From NCBI GenBank assembly GCA_041739675.1, contig JBGSNL010000036.1, forward strand, positions 1-27,996: 27,996 nucleotides of DNA, written 5' to 3'. The notes beneath the pieces were generated by a model. That model worked only from the letters and a program-made list of their open reading frames with translations, was not told where the DNA came from and searched no databases. Made by a program: the position numbers and the translations under genes. Below are positions 26,777 through 27,996 of this stretch, piece by piece (the first letter of the stretch is position 1; each line of letters begins with the position of its first letter). This stretch comes from a bacterium. Its GTDB lineage: Bacteria; UBA10199; 2-02-FULL-44-16; DYJF01.

Positions 26777-27721
26777 ATGTATCCCAACAACATCAAACTT
26801 TTTTCGGGCAACTCAAACAAGCCGCTGGCGGAGGCGATCGCCAAGGCGATGGAGATGCAGCTTGGCAACTGTCTTGTCACCAAATTTTCCGACGGCGAGA
26901 CGTGGGTCGAGGTCAACGAGAACGTTCGCGGCCGGGATATCTTCGTCATCCAACCGACATCCGCGCCTGCCAACGAGCATCTGATGGAGCTTCTAATAAT
27001 GATCGACGCCATGAAGCGCGCGTCGGCGGATCGTATCACAGCCGTGATTCCATATTATGGTTACGCCAGACAGGACCGTAAGGTCTCTCCGCGCACGCCC
27101 ATCAGCTCGAAACTCTGCGCCGATCTTTTAACCGCCGCCGGCGCTCACAGGATACTCACGATGGATCTTCACGCCGGGCAGATTCAGGGTTTTTTCAACA
27201 TCCCGGTGGATCACTTGTTCGCAAAACCGGTTCTGATAGAACACATCAAGAAAAACATCACCAACGGGCTGGTTGTTGTCGCCCCCGACGCAGGCGGAGC
27301 CGAAAGGGCGCGTTCGTTCGCAAAACTTTTGAACTCGCCCATGGCGATGATCGACAAGCGCCGTTCGAAGCCCAATGAGAGCGAAGTGATGCACATCATA
27401 GGCGAGGTGGATGGCAAGAAAGCGGTTATCATCGACGACATCATCGATACGGGCGGCACGATCGTGAAGGCGGCCGAGGCGATAAAGAAAGCGGGCGCGA
27501 CCGAAGTCTACGCCTGCTGCACGCATCCGGTGCTGTCCGGCAAGGCGGTGGAGAACATAACGGCATCTTGCATCAAGGAGATGATCGTAACTGATACGAT
27601 AGGGTTGTCCGAGAAGGCGGCCGCGTGCGACAAGATAAAAGTGTTGTCGGTCGCAAAACTTTTGGCAGAGGCGATAAGGCGCATTCACGCAGCCGATTCC
27701 GTCTCATCTTTATTCGTCTAA
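26777..27721 (+). CDS. prs: Ribose-phosphate pyrophosphokinase
   Basis: [37 protein letters not shown]. Confidence 0.98.
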   Translation: MYPNNIKLFSGNSNKPLAEAIAKAMEMQLGNCLVTKFSDGETWVEVNENVRGRDIFVIQPTSAPANEHLMELLIMIDAMKRASADRITAVIPYYGYARQDRKVSPRTPISSKLCADLLTAAGAHRILTMDLHAGQIQGFFNIPVDHLFAKPVLIEHIKKNITNGLVVVAPDAGGAERARSFAKLLNSPMAMIDKRRSKPNESEVMHIIGEVDGKKAVIIDDIIDTGGTIVKAAEAIKKAGATEVYACCTHPVLSGKAVENITASCIKEMIVTDTIGLSEKAAACDKIKVLSVAKLLAEAIRRIHAADSVSSLFV

Positions 27722-27742
27722 ATATTTTTTAAGGAGGTTTAA

Positions 27743-27996
27743 GTGGAAAGAATCAAACTTCAGGCAGAAAAACGCGATACAAAAACGAAGGGCGATGTCA
27801 GGCAGCTAAGGCTCAAGGGCAAGGTGCCGGCGGTCCTTTACGGGAAAAAGCAGGAGCCTGTCACGCTAGTCGTCGACGAGACGGAGCTCTTGAAGGCCAC
27901 GTCCACGAAGGCTGGCTTCAACGTCATTATGGACCTCAATGTCGCCGGCGGAAAGCCCACCACGGTCCTTGTCCGCGACTATCAGGCCCATCCCAT
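27743..27996 (+). CDS. rplY: 50S ribosomal protein L25/Ctc (5' part, runs off the window)
   Basis: GTG start after AAGGAGG; translates MERIKLQAEKRDTKTKGDVRQLRLKGKVPAVLYG...VRDYQAHP; follows prs; absent from the ORF track. Confidence 0.93.
   Translation, partial: MERIKLQAEKRDTKTKGDVRQLRLKGKVPAVLYGKKQEPVTLVVDETELLKATSTKAGFNVIMDLNVAGGKPTTVLVRDYQAHP

Overview
Bacterial chromosomal window, probably from a deltaproteobacterium-like organism (inferred from gene content and order). Left to right: (1) a 791-aa orphan with degenerate GGDEF-like motifs; (2) a tightly coupled + strand operon of TPR protein, patatin, xseA, xseB, ispA, yjbQ, a form IV RuBisCO-like protein, a secreted protein and a rubrerythrin/ferritin-like protein; (3) a ~4.2-kb accessory island (~10370-14630) with three AT-rich, minus-strand nuclease-like genes (HEPN-like, PD-(D/E)XK, and a frameshifted PD-(D/E)XK-like gene) separated by a 42-bp direct repeat, plus two head-to-head four-helix-bundle paralogs around a perfect 23-bp palindrome, all bracketed by periodic short repeats; (4) a minus-strand glycogen cluster (glgC, two GH57 genes, galT-like, glgA, cDPG-synthetase-like GTPase); (5) an orphan acidic lipoprotein; (6) the conserved ispE-tRNA-Gln-prs-rplY block. 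Best leads: yjbQ plus the RuBisCO-like gene sit where dxs normally follows xseA-xseB-ispA; the nuclease genes form a repeat-delimited, cassette-like array; the mirror-image four-helix-bundle pair; and an identical GCAACTTTTA-N11-CGATAA motif upstream of both orphan genes.
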